A stretch of 32,173 nt of DNA from NCBI GenBank assembly GCA_034722955.1, contig JAYEOM010000113.1, positions 1 to 32,173 on the forward strand, read 5' to 3'. Origin of the DNA: Campylobacterota bacterium (GTDB taxonomy: Bacteria; Campylobacterota; Campylobacteria; Campylobacterales; Sulfurovaceae). Under the pieces are notes generated by a model that was given only the letters and a program-made list of their open reading frames with translations, made no database searches and was not told where the DNA came from. The first letter of the stretch is position 1. Every line of letters starts with the position of its first letter. A program made the translations under genes and the position numbers. Shown in pieces: positions 1 to 8,808 of the stretch.

Positions 1-165
1 CTGCACTTGCTGAAAGATAAGTCTAAAATAAATGAGATTAGAAAAGACTTTCTGGCGTATTGTCGGCTTGATACTTTGGCTATGGTGAGGATTTGGGAGA
101 AGCTGCATGAAGTTGTGGAGCATGATATAGAGGGGTCAGGTGATGCTAATGCCACTATAACCTAA
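1..165 (+). CDS. 3' end of a gene entering the window; C-terminus resembles DUF2779-family proteins (partial)
   Basis: Frame 1 reads LHLLKDKSKINEIRKDFLAYCRLDTLAMVRIWEKLHEVVEHDIEGSGDANATIT* with stop TAA at 163-165. The L-x-YCxLDTxAMVxI motif matches what I recall as the DUF2779 protein C-terminus. Confidence 0.55.
   Translation: MHLLKDKSKINEIRKDFLAYCRLDTLAMVRIWEKLHEVVEHDIEGSGDANATIT
132..140 (+). repeat. GGGGTCAGG motif shared with the terminal inverted repeat of the element at 31888-32168
   Basis: It lies 57 nt upstream of the ATG of a RAYT-like fragment. The equivalent GGGTCAGG at 31893-31900 lies 53 nt upstream of the GTG of the second RAYT-like fragment. Confidence 0.45.
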
Positions 166-197
166 ACTACACCACAATCCTCACAAGGGAGTAACCA

Positions 198-323
198 ATG
201 CCAAGAAAACCACGCATAGAGATAGCAGGTTATTATCATATCATCAATATAGGGGTAGACGAAAGAGTTATCTTCAAAGAGCCTGCTGACTATGAACAGT
301 TTGAAGAGCTAATGTGCTTTTAG
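198..323 (+). pseudogene. Truncated REP-associated/Y1 (IS200-like) tyrosine transposase, N-terminal 41 aa only
   Basis: Reads MPRKPRIEIAGYYHIINIGVDERVIFKEPADYEQFEELMCF*, matching the MxRxPR...YHxxxRG...IF...D N-terminus of RAYT/Y1_Tnp proteins. RBS AAGGGAG lies upstream. It stops before the HUH and Tyr motifs. Confidence 0.7.
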
Positions 324-381
324 GCTAGTCCTGCAAACGATTGCCTTGTCTATGAAAAACCTCATAAAGCTATTTGGGTGT

Positions 382-1350
382 TTATTTTATTGGGGTAGCC
401 TTATATATTTTTTGAAACTCTTGCAGATACTTCGCTGCTATATCTCTTCTCTTGATGATCATGACATTTTCTGCATTTGTATCATTGGCTTTTTTTGTGA
501 AGTTGTATGAGCCTGCGATTACCACTTTTTGATCTATTATCATAACTTTGTGATGCATCTTGTATCTGTTGCGGTCTAGCTCTACATCTATGCCATTGAG
601 TTTGAGATATCTGTATACACTATATTTTTGGTATCCATTTTGGACTTTGTCAAATACCCCTCTGACTATTACGCCTCTCTTGTGAGCAGATATAAGGGCA
701 TCTGCTATCTTACGATTGGTAAAAGCGTATGTCAAGAAGTAGATATCCTTTTTTGCATTGTTGATACGAGCTAGTACTCTTTTTTGTATATTTGTATCTG
801 GAGCGAAGTATATCTCTAACTCTCTGCTGAGGTATGGTTTTTGTATTGTTTCATGGTGTCCATATAGCTTGAGAAATTTATCTCTATAGTAGCGAGCGAT
901 AGATCTATCCTCTATGCGCAAATAGTTGTCATGGTTACGGTAGAATGCATATACCGTATAGTTGCCAGAGCTTATCCAGACGATATCTCCATCTATAATG
1001 AGTATCTTGTTATGCATTAGGGCTTTTTGATTTTGGTCATCCTCTACTATGATACCTGCATTGATGAGCCATCTGTACTTATCTGCATCTATCTTTTTAT
1101 CATCAGTGACTACTCTCACTTTGACACCCCTGTCATGTGCAGCTATGAGGGCTTTTGTGATATATTTGTTGGTCAAGAAGTACATCGCCATATCTATAGA
1201 TGAGTTAGCACTATTGATATCTTGAATGATATGCAGATCTACACCTTTTTTATAATATCTCCCTGTAGTTTTGGAAAAATACGGCTCCATAGAGATAGTC
1301 GCATAAGCGAAAATAGTAAGCAGATATAAGAGAAACAGAGCTCTTTTCAT
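382..1350 (-). CDS. Exported phospholipase D superfamily protein (two HKD motifs; Nuc-like nuclease or PLD)
   Basis: Contains HNKILIID...SGNYT and HHKVMIID...GSYNFT, with a Sec-like N-terminal signal peptide (MKRALFLLYLLTIFAYA). Confidence 0.85.
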   Translation of the reverse strand: MKRALFLLYLLTIFAYATISMEPYFSKTTGRYYKKGVDLHIIQDINSANSSIDMAMYFLTNKYITKALIAAHDRGVKVRVVTDDKKIDADKYRWLINAGIIVEDDQNQKALMHNKILIIDGDIVWISSGNYTVYAFYRNHDNYLRIEDRSIARYYRDKFLKLYGHHETIQKPYLSRELEIYFAPDTNIQKRVLARINNAKKDIYFLTYAFTNRKIADALISAHKRGVIVRGVFDKVQNGYQKYSVYRYLKLNGIDVELDRNRYKMHHKVMIIDQKVVIAGSYNFTKKANDTNAENVMIIKRRDIAAKYLQEFQKIYKATPIK

Positions 1351-1444
1351 TGAAATCCTTTACCTTTGTATAGTTTGGGGTAATCATAACATATCTAGCT
1401 TTTGATAGAGAACTATACTCTTCATAGACCTATCACAACCATCA

Positions 1445-1453
1445 TGCTATAAT
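1445..1453 (+). promoter_or_regulatory. Extended -10 sigma70 promoter element for mutS2
   Basis: TGCTATAAT, 35 nt upstream of the GTG start. Confidence 0.55.
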
Positions 1454-1488
1454 CTCTATTGCATATTTTGGGATTAAGGGAATGATAG

Positions 1489-3708
1489 GTGTCTATAGAA
1501 CAATCAACCAGTAAAACAATTATAGAGAAGCTAGATCTTGATGATTACATTCAGCATTTTGAACAGTTTTTTGCTAGGGTAAAGCCTGTAGCGATGCATG
1601 GAGATGTCAATCAGCACTATCGTTATATCAAGGCACTCTCATCTGTGCAGTATCCAGAACCCAAAGAGGTACCCGATCTAGATGGGCAGTTGGCACGGAT
1701 CAGAAAGCAGGCGGTTTTGGGTCTCGATGAGATCTATGCATTTGTCACTATCATCATGTATTTCAATAGACTTAAAGCCATAGAGCTTCCTGAGCCTCTT
1801 TTGAGTTGGATAGAGCAGATCGAAGTACCTGATGAGATGATGGAGGTTTTGGGATACTTCAACGATGAGGGAGAGATAAACCCCCAAATAGATCAAGAGC
1901 TTTTTGATATCCAAAGAGCACTCAAAGTCAATAAAGCAGAGATCAAAGAGAGTCTGTATAAGTTGGTTCGTTCATCAGCACTGAAGGAGTATCTGGTAGA
2001 TTCACAAATACATTTTCAAAATGGAGAAGAGACTATACTGGTGCGTGGTGGCTTCAACCATGCCATTAAAGCTACTGTGGTAGGTAGAAGTTCTGGTGGG
2101 TATTTCTATATCATACCCAAGAAGATCTCTGCACTCAAAGAGAGAGAGTCGGAACTTCTCAGCCAAGAGGAGGAGGTGATCTATCGATATTGCAAAAAGA
2201 TCTCTGCACTCTTCTTTACCTGGGAGAGATTTCTTAGATATATCAACAGAGAGTATGACCGTTTCGACCACTATCAAGCACGGGTGAGTTTCGCCAGAAC
2301 AAATGAGTATGAGTTTGTCATCCCGAGCAAGCAAAAGGGGGTGAAGCTGACCGATTTTTGTCATCCTGCCATCGATGAACCTGTACCTGTCACCATAGAC
2401 TTGAACCGTTCTGTTATGCTCATAACCGGTGTAAACGCAGGGGGTAAAACTATGCTCCTCAAATCCATGCTATCGGCAGTCTATATGAGTAGATATCTAC
2501 TCCCTTTCAAGTGTGATACAGCACGCACGCAGATCGGCCACTACAAGCATATAGAGGCGGTGATCGATGATCCCCAATCGGTAAAAAATGATATATCTAC
2601 TTTTGCCGGTAGGATGGTGGAGTTCGCTAGGCTTTTTGATAAGCGAGATGCTATCGTCGGAGTAGATGAGATAGAGCTGGGTACAGATAGTGATGAAGCT
2701 GCGACACTCTTTCGTGTAATGCTAGAAGCGTTACGGGAGCGTAATATCACCTTCGTAGTGACAACGCACCATAAACGGCTAGCATCTTTGATGGGTGCAG
2801 ATGATGATGTAGAGCTGATCGCAGCACTATATGATGAGGCAAAGCGTATACCGACTTATACATTTTTGCAGGGAAGCATCGGAAAGAGTTATGCTTTTGA
2901 GACAGCAGAACGATATGGAATACCAGCAAATCTAGTAGCCAAAGCCAAAGTGATCTATGGCGAGGATAAAGAGAATCTCAATGAGTTGATAGAGAAGTCT
3001 ACAGCACTAGAGCGAGAGATGCGTCAAAAGATAGCCGGTGTCGATGCCAAGATGGATGAGTTGGAACGAAAAAAACGATACCTCGAAGAGAGTGGAGATA
3101 GACTCAAAGAGGAGCATCGCAAAGCTGTAGCAACACTGGAAAATCGATACAATGCAGCAACAAAAAGAGCTCAAGAGGCTCTAAAAGCCAAAGAGTCTAC
3201 AGAGGGGAGGCGACTACTCAATAAAGCACATCAGTTCAGAGAGAAGACAAAAGAGAGACCTGCAAAACAAGAAAAAATAGCTCTTCAGGTGGGTGATCGT
3301 ATCAAATATCGAAGCCATAGGGGTGAGCTTGTAGCACTGAGAGGAGAAAATGCCACTATAGAGGTAGATGGTATGAAGATGCGTGTGCCACTGAGTGATC
3401 TCAAGCGTAGCGGAGATCTACCTAAAATCACCTCCGTAAAAAAGAGAAAAGCCAATGTCAACATAGAGAAGAGCAGTGCCTCTGTCTCTATCAAGCTTTT
3501 GGGGATGTTTGGAGATGAAGCGATCGATAGTGTTGATAAGTTTCTCTCAGATGCACTAGTCAATGGACTTGATGAGGTGCAGATCATACATGGTACAGGC
3601 GGTGGTATACTCTCTCGTCTGGTGAGTGAGTATCTACAGAGCCATCCAAAGATCAAAAAGTTTTATCGTATGCCAGGCAACCTAGGTGTTACGATTGTTG
3701 AGCTATAG
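1489..3708 (+). CDS. mutS2: Endonuclease MutS2
   Basis: Walker A GVNAGGKT, MutS motifs STFAGRM, VDEIELGTD, TTHH and GKSYAFETAERYG, a coiled coil, and a C-terminal Smr domain (IIHGTGGGIL...GNLGVT). Confidence 0.93.
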   Translation: MSIEQSTSKTIIEKLDLDDYIQHFEQFFARVKPVAMHGDVNQHYRYIKALSSVQYPEPKEVPDLDGQLARIRKQAVLGLDEIYAFVTIIMYFNRLKAIELPEPLLSWIEQIEVPDEMMEVLGYFNDEGEINPQIDQELFDIQRALKVNKAEIKESLYKLVRSSALKEYLVDSQIHFQNGEETILVRGGFNHAIKATVVGRSSGGYFYIIPKKISALKERESELLSQEEEVIYRYCKKISALFFTWERFLRYINREYDRFDHYQARVSFARTNEYEFVIPSKQKGVKLTDFCHPAIDEPVPVTIDLNRSVMLITGVNAGGKTMLLKSMLSAVYMSRYLLPFKCDTARTQIGHYKHIEAVIDDPQSVKNDISTFAGRMVEFARLFDKRDAIVGVDEIELGTDSDEAATLFRVMLEALRERNITFVVTTHHKRLASLMGADDDVELIAALYDEAKRIPTYTFLQGSIGKSYAFETAERYGIPANLVAKAKVIYGEDKENLNELIEKSTALEREMRQKIAGVDAKMDELERKKRYLEESGDRLKEEHRKAVATLENRYNAATKRAQEALKAKESTEGRRLLNKAHQFREKTKERPAKQEKIALQVGDRIKYRSHRGELVALRGENATIEVDGMKMRVPLSDLKRSGDLPKITSVKKRKANVNIEKSSASVSIKLLGMFGDEAIDSVDKFLSDALVNGLDEVQIIHGTGGGILSRLVSEYLQSHPKIKKFYRMPGNLGVTIVEL

Positions 3709-3855
3709 GGCAACAGATATACTCAATGATCTATGATACTCGCAATGGAGAAGAGAACACAACTCCTGTTTTCACCAAATATTTAAACTCCAATGGGTAT
3801 AATAATAACAAAAAATGCAAAAGAGCTCTCTTTTGTATATAATTCGGGAGTATTT

Positions 3856-4434
3856 GTGAGTATTAAAGATGATTTGAAATATGTCGAAAAAGAGTTGAGT
3901 AGTGATGAGAAGATGCTTGAGAGTACCCTCAAGCTCGAAGCCTTTTATAACAAGCACAAGCGTATGATCTGGATAGGAGTTGTGATAGTACTATCTGTTT
4001 TGGTGGTAAAACCTATACTCTCTATGATCCAAGAGTCAAAACTCAATAGTGCCAATAGTGCACTATTGGCACTAGAGAAAAACCCCAAAGATAGTCAAGC
4101 TATAGAGATACTCAAGTCTAAAAATCCGCCACTCTATGAGCTCTATACCTATTCACAGGCAGTAAGCTCTAAAGATATTAAAGAGTTGGAGAGGTTGTCC
4201 AAGAGTAAAAACCATCTGATCGCTGATGTCAGCAGTTATCATAAGCAGGTTTTGGCATCAAAAGGGAGTCAGTCACACTATTATCGAGAGATGTCTTTGA
4301 TAGAAGATGCCTATTTGGCACTAAAAGATGGAAACGGAAAGAAGGCGAGGTCTGAGCTAGATCTGATAGATACTCGTTCACCTGTTGCTCCTGTTGCGGA
4401 GCTTCTTAAACACTATACTATAAAGGGACAATAA
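3856..4434 (+). CDS. Membrane-anchored helical (TPR/YfgM-like) conserved protein
   Basis: Probable GTG start at 3856 after RBS GGGAG, in frame with the 3793 ORF. It has an acidic N-terminus, an FYNKHKR motif before a single TM helix, then alpha-helical repeats. Confidence 0.65.
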   Translation: MSIKDDLKYVEKELSSDEKMLESTLKLEAFYNKHKRMIWIGVVIVLSVLVVKPILSMIQESKLNSANSALLALEKNPKDSQAIEILKSKNPPLYELYTYSQAVSSKDIKELERLSKSKNHLIADVSSYHKQVLASKGSQSHYYREMSLIEDAYLALKDGNGKKARSELDLIDTRSPVAPVAELLKHYTIKGQ

Positions 4435-5442
4435 ATGAAGCAGTTTGCTTGGCTAGGTGTAGCTCTTACGCTACTCTTTTTTTCAGGGTGTGGAAGTAAA
4501 AAATATTTTGAACCGGAGCAAACCTATAAGCCAGCCGGTGCTATCAGTGGTCATAATGGCAAATCTGTCTATCTGACAAGAGATGGTGTAACATTTGATA
4601 ATCAAAGATATATTAGTAAAAAAGGTTTAGGTTCTCTAACTCTTGGTGCCGGTGATGTCTATCTGAGTGAAAATCCATCTTATGTACTTGCTACCAATAA
4701 AGAGGGAGAACTCTCTCTGATCAGTAAACGAACCAAAAAAGTGGCATATACGATCCCTTTTCATGCTCCTGTAGTCTCTGCTGCTATGAAGAGTGGCAAG
4801 ATAGTCTATCTACTGCAAGACAATACATTCGGTATCTATAGACTCTCTAATAAAGAGAAGTTGATAGAGAGTAAGTCAGATGATGCATTTGCTGTTGATG
4901 CTCGCATAGCAACTCCTATATTTGTAGATAATCTAGCAGTCATCCCGACACTTGATGGTAAGATTTTGATAGTAGATATCAACAATCCAGAAAATGCAAA
5001 AGTGATCTATATCAGCTCCAAAATCAATCTGAACAATGTCATTTACCTCTCAAGAATGGGCAATCTGCTCATTGCAGCTACTCCAAACAGAGTGATGACT
5101 ATCGGTAGTGCAGAGGGTGAGTTTAGTGAAGGTATTAGTGAAGTAGCCGTAGCCAACAAAGCTATCTATGTATTTACGAAAGCGGGTGAAATCATCAAAT
5201 TCTCCTCCTCACTCAAAGAGCTTGGACGCAAGAAGTTTAAATTTGCACACTTTAGTGTAGCTACTGCATTTGGAGGACGAGTATATGCGATGGATCAGAA
5301 GGGTTCACTGATAGTACTGAGTGGTGATCTAAAAAAGTATCGTATATATGATGTAGGTCAAGTAGACGATTTTGCTTTTGTCTCAGGACATCGTATCTAT
5401 AAAGACAATCAAGTGATACAACTAGACCGACTAGGGTCATGA
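4435..5442 (+). CDS. Lipoprotein with beta-propeller-like (PQQ-repeat-like) sequence
   Basis: Lipobox FSG-C followed by KKYFEP, and beta-rich repeats such as ATPIFVDNLAVIPTLDGKILIVD. It abuts the upstream gene. Confidence 0.65.
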   Translation: MKQFAWLGVALTLLFFSGCGSKKYFEPEQTYKPAGAISGHNGKSVYLTRDGVTFDNQRYISKKGLGSLTLGAGDVYLSENPSYVLATNKEGELSLISKRTKKVAYTIPFHAPVVSAAMKSGKIVYLLQDNTFGIYRLSNKEKLIESKSDDAFAVDARIATPIFVDNLAVIPTLDGKILIVDINNPENAKVIYISSKINLNNVIYLSRMGNLLIAATPNRVMTIGSAEGEFSEGISEVAVANKAIYVFTKAGEIIKFSSSLKELGRKKFKFAHFSVATAFGGRVYAMDQKGSLIVLSGDLKKYRIYDVGQVDDFAFVSGHRIYKDNQVIQLDRLGS

Positions 5443-6263
5443 GTGATCTGACCAGTGCCTTTGAGGAGTATCAACGAATCAATAAGGGACTAGAGAGTCA
5501 GACTGTAGACTCTTATGTTGGAGACTTGAGACAACTAGAGGAGTTCTCCTCTAGATCATTGATAGAGCTAGATACCATCGATATTCTCGCTTTTCTCTCT
5601 ACCTTTGAGAACAAACGGACACTTAATCGCAAGCTCTCTTCTATCAATAGCTTTTATCACTTTTGTCATCAAAAAGAGTTTGTTGAAAAAAATATCACTA
5701 TACCTATGGCAAAGATTCCAAAAAATCTGCCAAAGTATCTCTCCTATAAAGAGATCAAGGCAGGTACCGATCTGATCGATCGTTCTACAGCACTAGGTTT
5801 GAGAGATTATGCACTGATACTTTTCCTCTATGCGAGTGGATGTCGCATCAGCGAAGCCCTGAGCCTACAGCATAGAGATATTGTCGGAGGGTGGGTAAAG
5901 ATCCGTTTTGCCAAAGGGCAAAAGGAGAGAGTAGTTCCCATCGCTCCAGTTGCACTCGATGCTATCCAATCATATCGGGAGGCAGAGGGGATAGAGCATA
6001 GTGAACTTTGGCTCAACTATAGAGGAGATGTGTTGAGTCGTATATCTGCATATAAGATCATCAAAAAATATCTAGGTGTCTCTCCTCATGTGTTGCGTCA
6101 CTCTTTTGCTTCGGCACTGATCATAGGTGGAGCAGATCTAAGAGTAGTACAAGAGTTACTAGGACACAGCTCCCTGATAACAACACAGATATATACACAC
6201 ATCCAAAAAGAGAATCTTGCTCAGACGATGAACCGATACCATCCATTGAGGGGAGAGATATGA
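5439..6263 (+). CDS. xerD: XerD-like tyrosine recombinase
   Basis: Catalytic residues present: R (SGCRISE), K (AKGQKER), HxxR (PHVLRHSFA), H (LLGHSS), Y (TTQIYTH). It is 274 aa with an N-terminal SAM-like domain and sits in a housekeeping operon. Confidence 0.8.
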   Translation: MSDLTSAFEEYQRINKGLESQTVDSYVGDLRQLEEFSSRSLIELDTIDILAFLSTFENKRTLNRKLSSINSFYHFCHQKEFVEKNITIPMAKIPKNLPKYLSYKEIKAGTDLIDRSTALGLRDYALILFLYASGCRISEALSLQHRDIVGGWVKIRFAKGQKERVVPIAPVALDAIQSYREAEGIEHSELWLNYRGDVLSRISAYKIIKKYLGVSPHVLRHSFASALIIGGADLRVVQELLGHSSLITTQIYTHIQKENLAQTMNRYHPLRGEI

Positions 6264-6598
6264 AAGAGGTAGTTGAGTATCTAAGCGGTCACAATATAAT
6301 ATGTAAAACCCTTAGAGAGATTATGCCCAAAGCCTTGGGTAGTCGTAAAAAGATAGAACTATTTGTAGGAGTCAATCTGCAAGGATACTACTGCTCTGTT
6401 ATGATACTAAAAAAGAGGAGTCGAGTACTGCGAAAAGAGGTGGGTGAGTTGATGCTTCTGCATGAAAAAATGGAATACTATGAAGATAGTAAAATCCTCA
6501 AACGATATATCCATATCAAAGCACCACTCTGCTCTCATGCTAAGAGGATGTTTGAAGATAGCGGATGGGTAGTATGGCATGAAGTTTCTATTCCTTAA
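6260..6598 (+). CDS. Hypothetical protein, possibly a degenerate restriction-endonuclease-like fold
   Basis: 112-aa ORF with RBS GGGGAG and an ATGA overlap with the recombinase stop. Confidence 0.65.
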   Translation: MKEVVEYLSGHNIICKTLREIMPKALGSRKKIELFVGVNLQGYYCSVMILKKRSRVLRKEVGELMLLHEKMEYYEDSKILKRYIHIKAPLCSHAKRMFEDSGWVVWHEVSIP

Positions 6599-6608
6599 GT
6601 TTTTTCGT

Positions 6609-6614
6609 TATAAT
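6609..6614 (+). promoter_or_regulatory. -10 box positioned for a leaderless transcript of the hybrid kinase-like gene
   Basis: TTAAG-T-rich-TATAAT with the ATG at 6621 exactly at the expected +1. There is no SD sequence. Confidence 0.45.
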
Positions 6615-6620
6615 CCCTAC

Positions 6621-8747
6621 ATGAAAAAAGTTTTTAAATACATTATATTGCTACTACTCTTCTCTGTGACGATTTGTGCATCTGATTCTACTGCCGGAAC
6701 TCTACCTATACAAGATGACCAACCCCTATGGATCGCTATTTTTATTTTAAGTACTCTAACTATTCTTGGGTTTCTATTTTATTTAAATCAATTCAAAAAG
6801 TTTAAAAATATACAGATAAAAATGCAAGAGAAGCAGGATGAGCTTGAGCTGATTATCAAAAATATCAACAGAGAGGATCAAGAGGTTGAAACATCTACTC
6901 TCCCCGTCAAGCAAGAGTTGACCAATATTAATATAGTAAAAAATAAGCTTGTTGATGATACAAGAATGATGCTCTATTTCATGAGACTCAAATCAAACAA
7001 GATTAAGATTATTCGCGAAAAATTCAACTCAAATATTATGCTAAGCAATATCTTGGGGACACTTAGTAATAACTTTAAAGAGAGTAAAACTGAATTGATC
7101 TTTGATATAGAGCATAATGTACCCAAGATGCTGTTTGGTGATCCACTGCATCTCTCTGAGGTTTTGCTGGAGTTACTTCAAAATGCTATGAAGTATACGA
7201 TAGATGGAGAGGTGAAACTCCATATATCAGTCTCTGGCTCTTCAGGAGAGAATCAAAAGTTGAGATTTAAAGTCATTGATACAGGTATCGGGATCAAAGA
7301 GGATCAAATTGATTCACTCTTTATACCGACATATGCAGAGGATGGAGATTATAAAGGGGTAGGTCTCTATGTGAGCAGTGAGTTGATATCTATGATGAAT
7401 GGTGAATTGACGGTAAGAGATAGCAGTGATATGGGAACAACCTTTGAGTGCATAATCCCTTTGATCGATGATGGTATATTTGACAAAAGAAAATATAGAT
7501 TGCCCCATAAATCTTATGTAGGAAAAAAAGTATTAATATTTGATGACAATCAAAATGCAGCAAGAGCTATCGAAAAAATGTTTACCTACTTTAGATGTGA
7601 AGTTCAGATCGTACCTTCTGAAAAACTTAGATTGAAATCGATATATTTGTCAGAATTTGATATCATCTTGGGTGATGTAGAGCATCTGGATCCCAAAAAT
7701 ATCAAACAGATCAAAAATGCAAGAGAGAAGTGTGATTTAAAAGTTGTAAATATAAGTAGTGTCTTCTCTGCAAAAAAATTCTCACCAAGTGACTATATAG
7801 ATGAGTGGCTCATAAAACCTTTGAGTCAAGAGCGTCTGTTTGAGTTGATCATATCACTCTTTGATCATGAGTCTCAAAGAGATCATGCGGATAGCAGCAG
7901 ATATAGTGACACTAAAGAGTTAAAAGTTGTCTATCCGCAGGATGTCACAGTTGCCAAGAGTGTTACGGCAGATAGTTTTAAAGCTTTTAAAAATTCTCAT
8001 ATTTTGATTGTTGATGATAGCTTTATTGATCAAAAATTGCTGCAAAGTATTTTAGGGAAAGGCGAGATAGATGTTACTACTGCTTCCAATGGTGAAGAGG
8101 CTATAGAGAAGTTAAAAATGGGTTGGATCCATTATGATTTGATTTTGATGGATATAAATATGCCGATTATGGATGGGTATGATACTATTAGTGAAATACG
8201 AAAAAACAGGCACTACAGTCAAATACCTATTGTTGTGTTGACATCTTTAATGTTAGAGAGTGATATTGACAAGATGTTTCAGTCGGGTGCCAATGCATAT
8301 ATAGGTAAACCACTTCATATAGATTTCTTATATTCGGTTCTTGCTCTCTTTTTAACTAAAGAGATAGTAAGTCCAAAAGAGGATACCCCTAAAAAGAGGA
8401 TATATCCCAAGATTGATGGATTAAATGTAGAAAAAGGGATAAAGAGTGCAAATGATAATGAAGAGTTATATAGAGAGATATTGAGTGAATTTGTACTTGC
8501 TTATGGTGATTCTGATGAGACACTAGGGAGGATGGTAGAAGACGATCGTCATCAGCATGTCAAAAGATTGTGTTTGGATATGAAGAGGTTGACTGATATG
8601 ATTGGAGCGTACGATATGTTTGATATAGTAGACTCTATGCACAAGCAGTACTACTACAATAATGCACATTTGATACCTAAGTTTGTAGAGACTTATCACG
8701 ATGGACTGAAGAGACTTCTCACCGCTATTGAAGAGTATAGAGCCTAA
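6621..8747 (+). CDS. Membrane hybrid histidine-kinase-like protein (TM - degenerate DHp - HATPase_c - REC - REC - degenerate HPt)
   Basis: N box (ELLQNAMKYT), G1 (DTGIGI) and G2 (KGVGL) are present. Receivers are VLIFDDN..DIILGD..IKPL and ILIVDDS..LILMDINMP..GKPL. The HPt-like tail reads CLDMKRLTDMIGA. No H-box His is visible. I moved the start from 6579 to 6621. Confidence 0.85.
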   Translation: MKKVFKYIILLLLFSVTICASDSTAGTLPIQDDQPLWIAIFILSTLTILGFLFYLNQFKKFKNIQIKMQEKQDELELIIKNINREDQEVETSTLPVKQELTNINIVKNKLVDDTRMMLYFMRLKSNKIKIIREKFNSNIMLSNILGTLSNNFKESKTELIFDIEHNVPKMLFGDPLHLSEVLLELLQNAMKYTIDGEVKLHISVSGSSGENQKLRFKVIDTGIGIKEDQIDSLFIPTYAEDGDYKGVGLYVSSELISMMNGELTVRDSSDMGTTFECIIPLIDDGIFDKRKYRLPHKSYVGKKVLIFDDNQNAARAIEKMFTYFRCEVQIVPSEKLRLKSIYLSEFDIILGDVEHLDPKNIKQIKNAREKCDLKVVNISSVFSAKKFSPSDYIDEWLIKPLSQERLFELIISLFDHESQRDHADSSRYSDTKELKVVYPQDVTVAKSVTADSFKAFKNSHILIVDDSFIDQKLLQSILGKGEIDVTTASNGEEAIEKLKMGWIHYDLILMDINMPIMDGYDTISEIRKNRHYSQIPIVVLTSLMLESDIDKMFQSGANAYIGKPLHIDFLYSVLALFLTKEIVSPKEDTPKKRIYPKIDGLNVEKGIKSANDNEELYREILSEFVLAYGDSDETLGRMVEDDRHQHVKRLCLDMKRLTDMIGAYDMFDIVDSMHKQYYYNNAHLIPKFVETYHDGLKRLLTAIEEYRA

Positions 8748-8774
8748 TATCTATGAAAATGAAGAGCTGTTGCA

Positions 8775-8801
8775 CCACTCTTCAAAATTTTTGAAGAGTG
8801 G
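8775..8801. terminator. Perfect inverted repeat between convergent genes (probable bidirectional terminator)
   Basis: CCACTCTTCAAAA-T-TTTTGAAGAGTGG. Confidence 0.65.
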
Positions 8802-8808
8802 CATGGAT

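Noticed and set aside
5439..6263. Tyrosine recombinase as a phage or integron integrase
   Set aside because: It is short, XerD-like and embedded by overlaps in a housekeeping-type operon. I saw no adjacent tRNA, att repeats, cassette array or phage genes.
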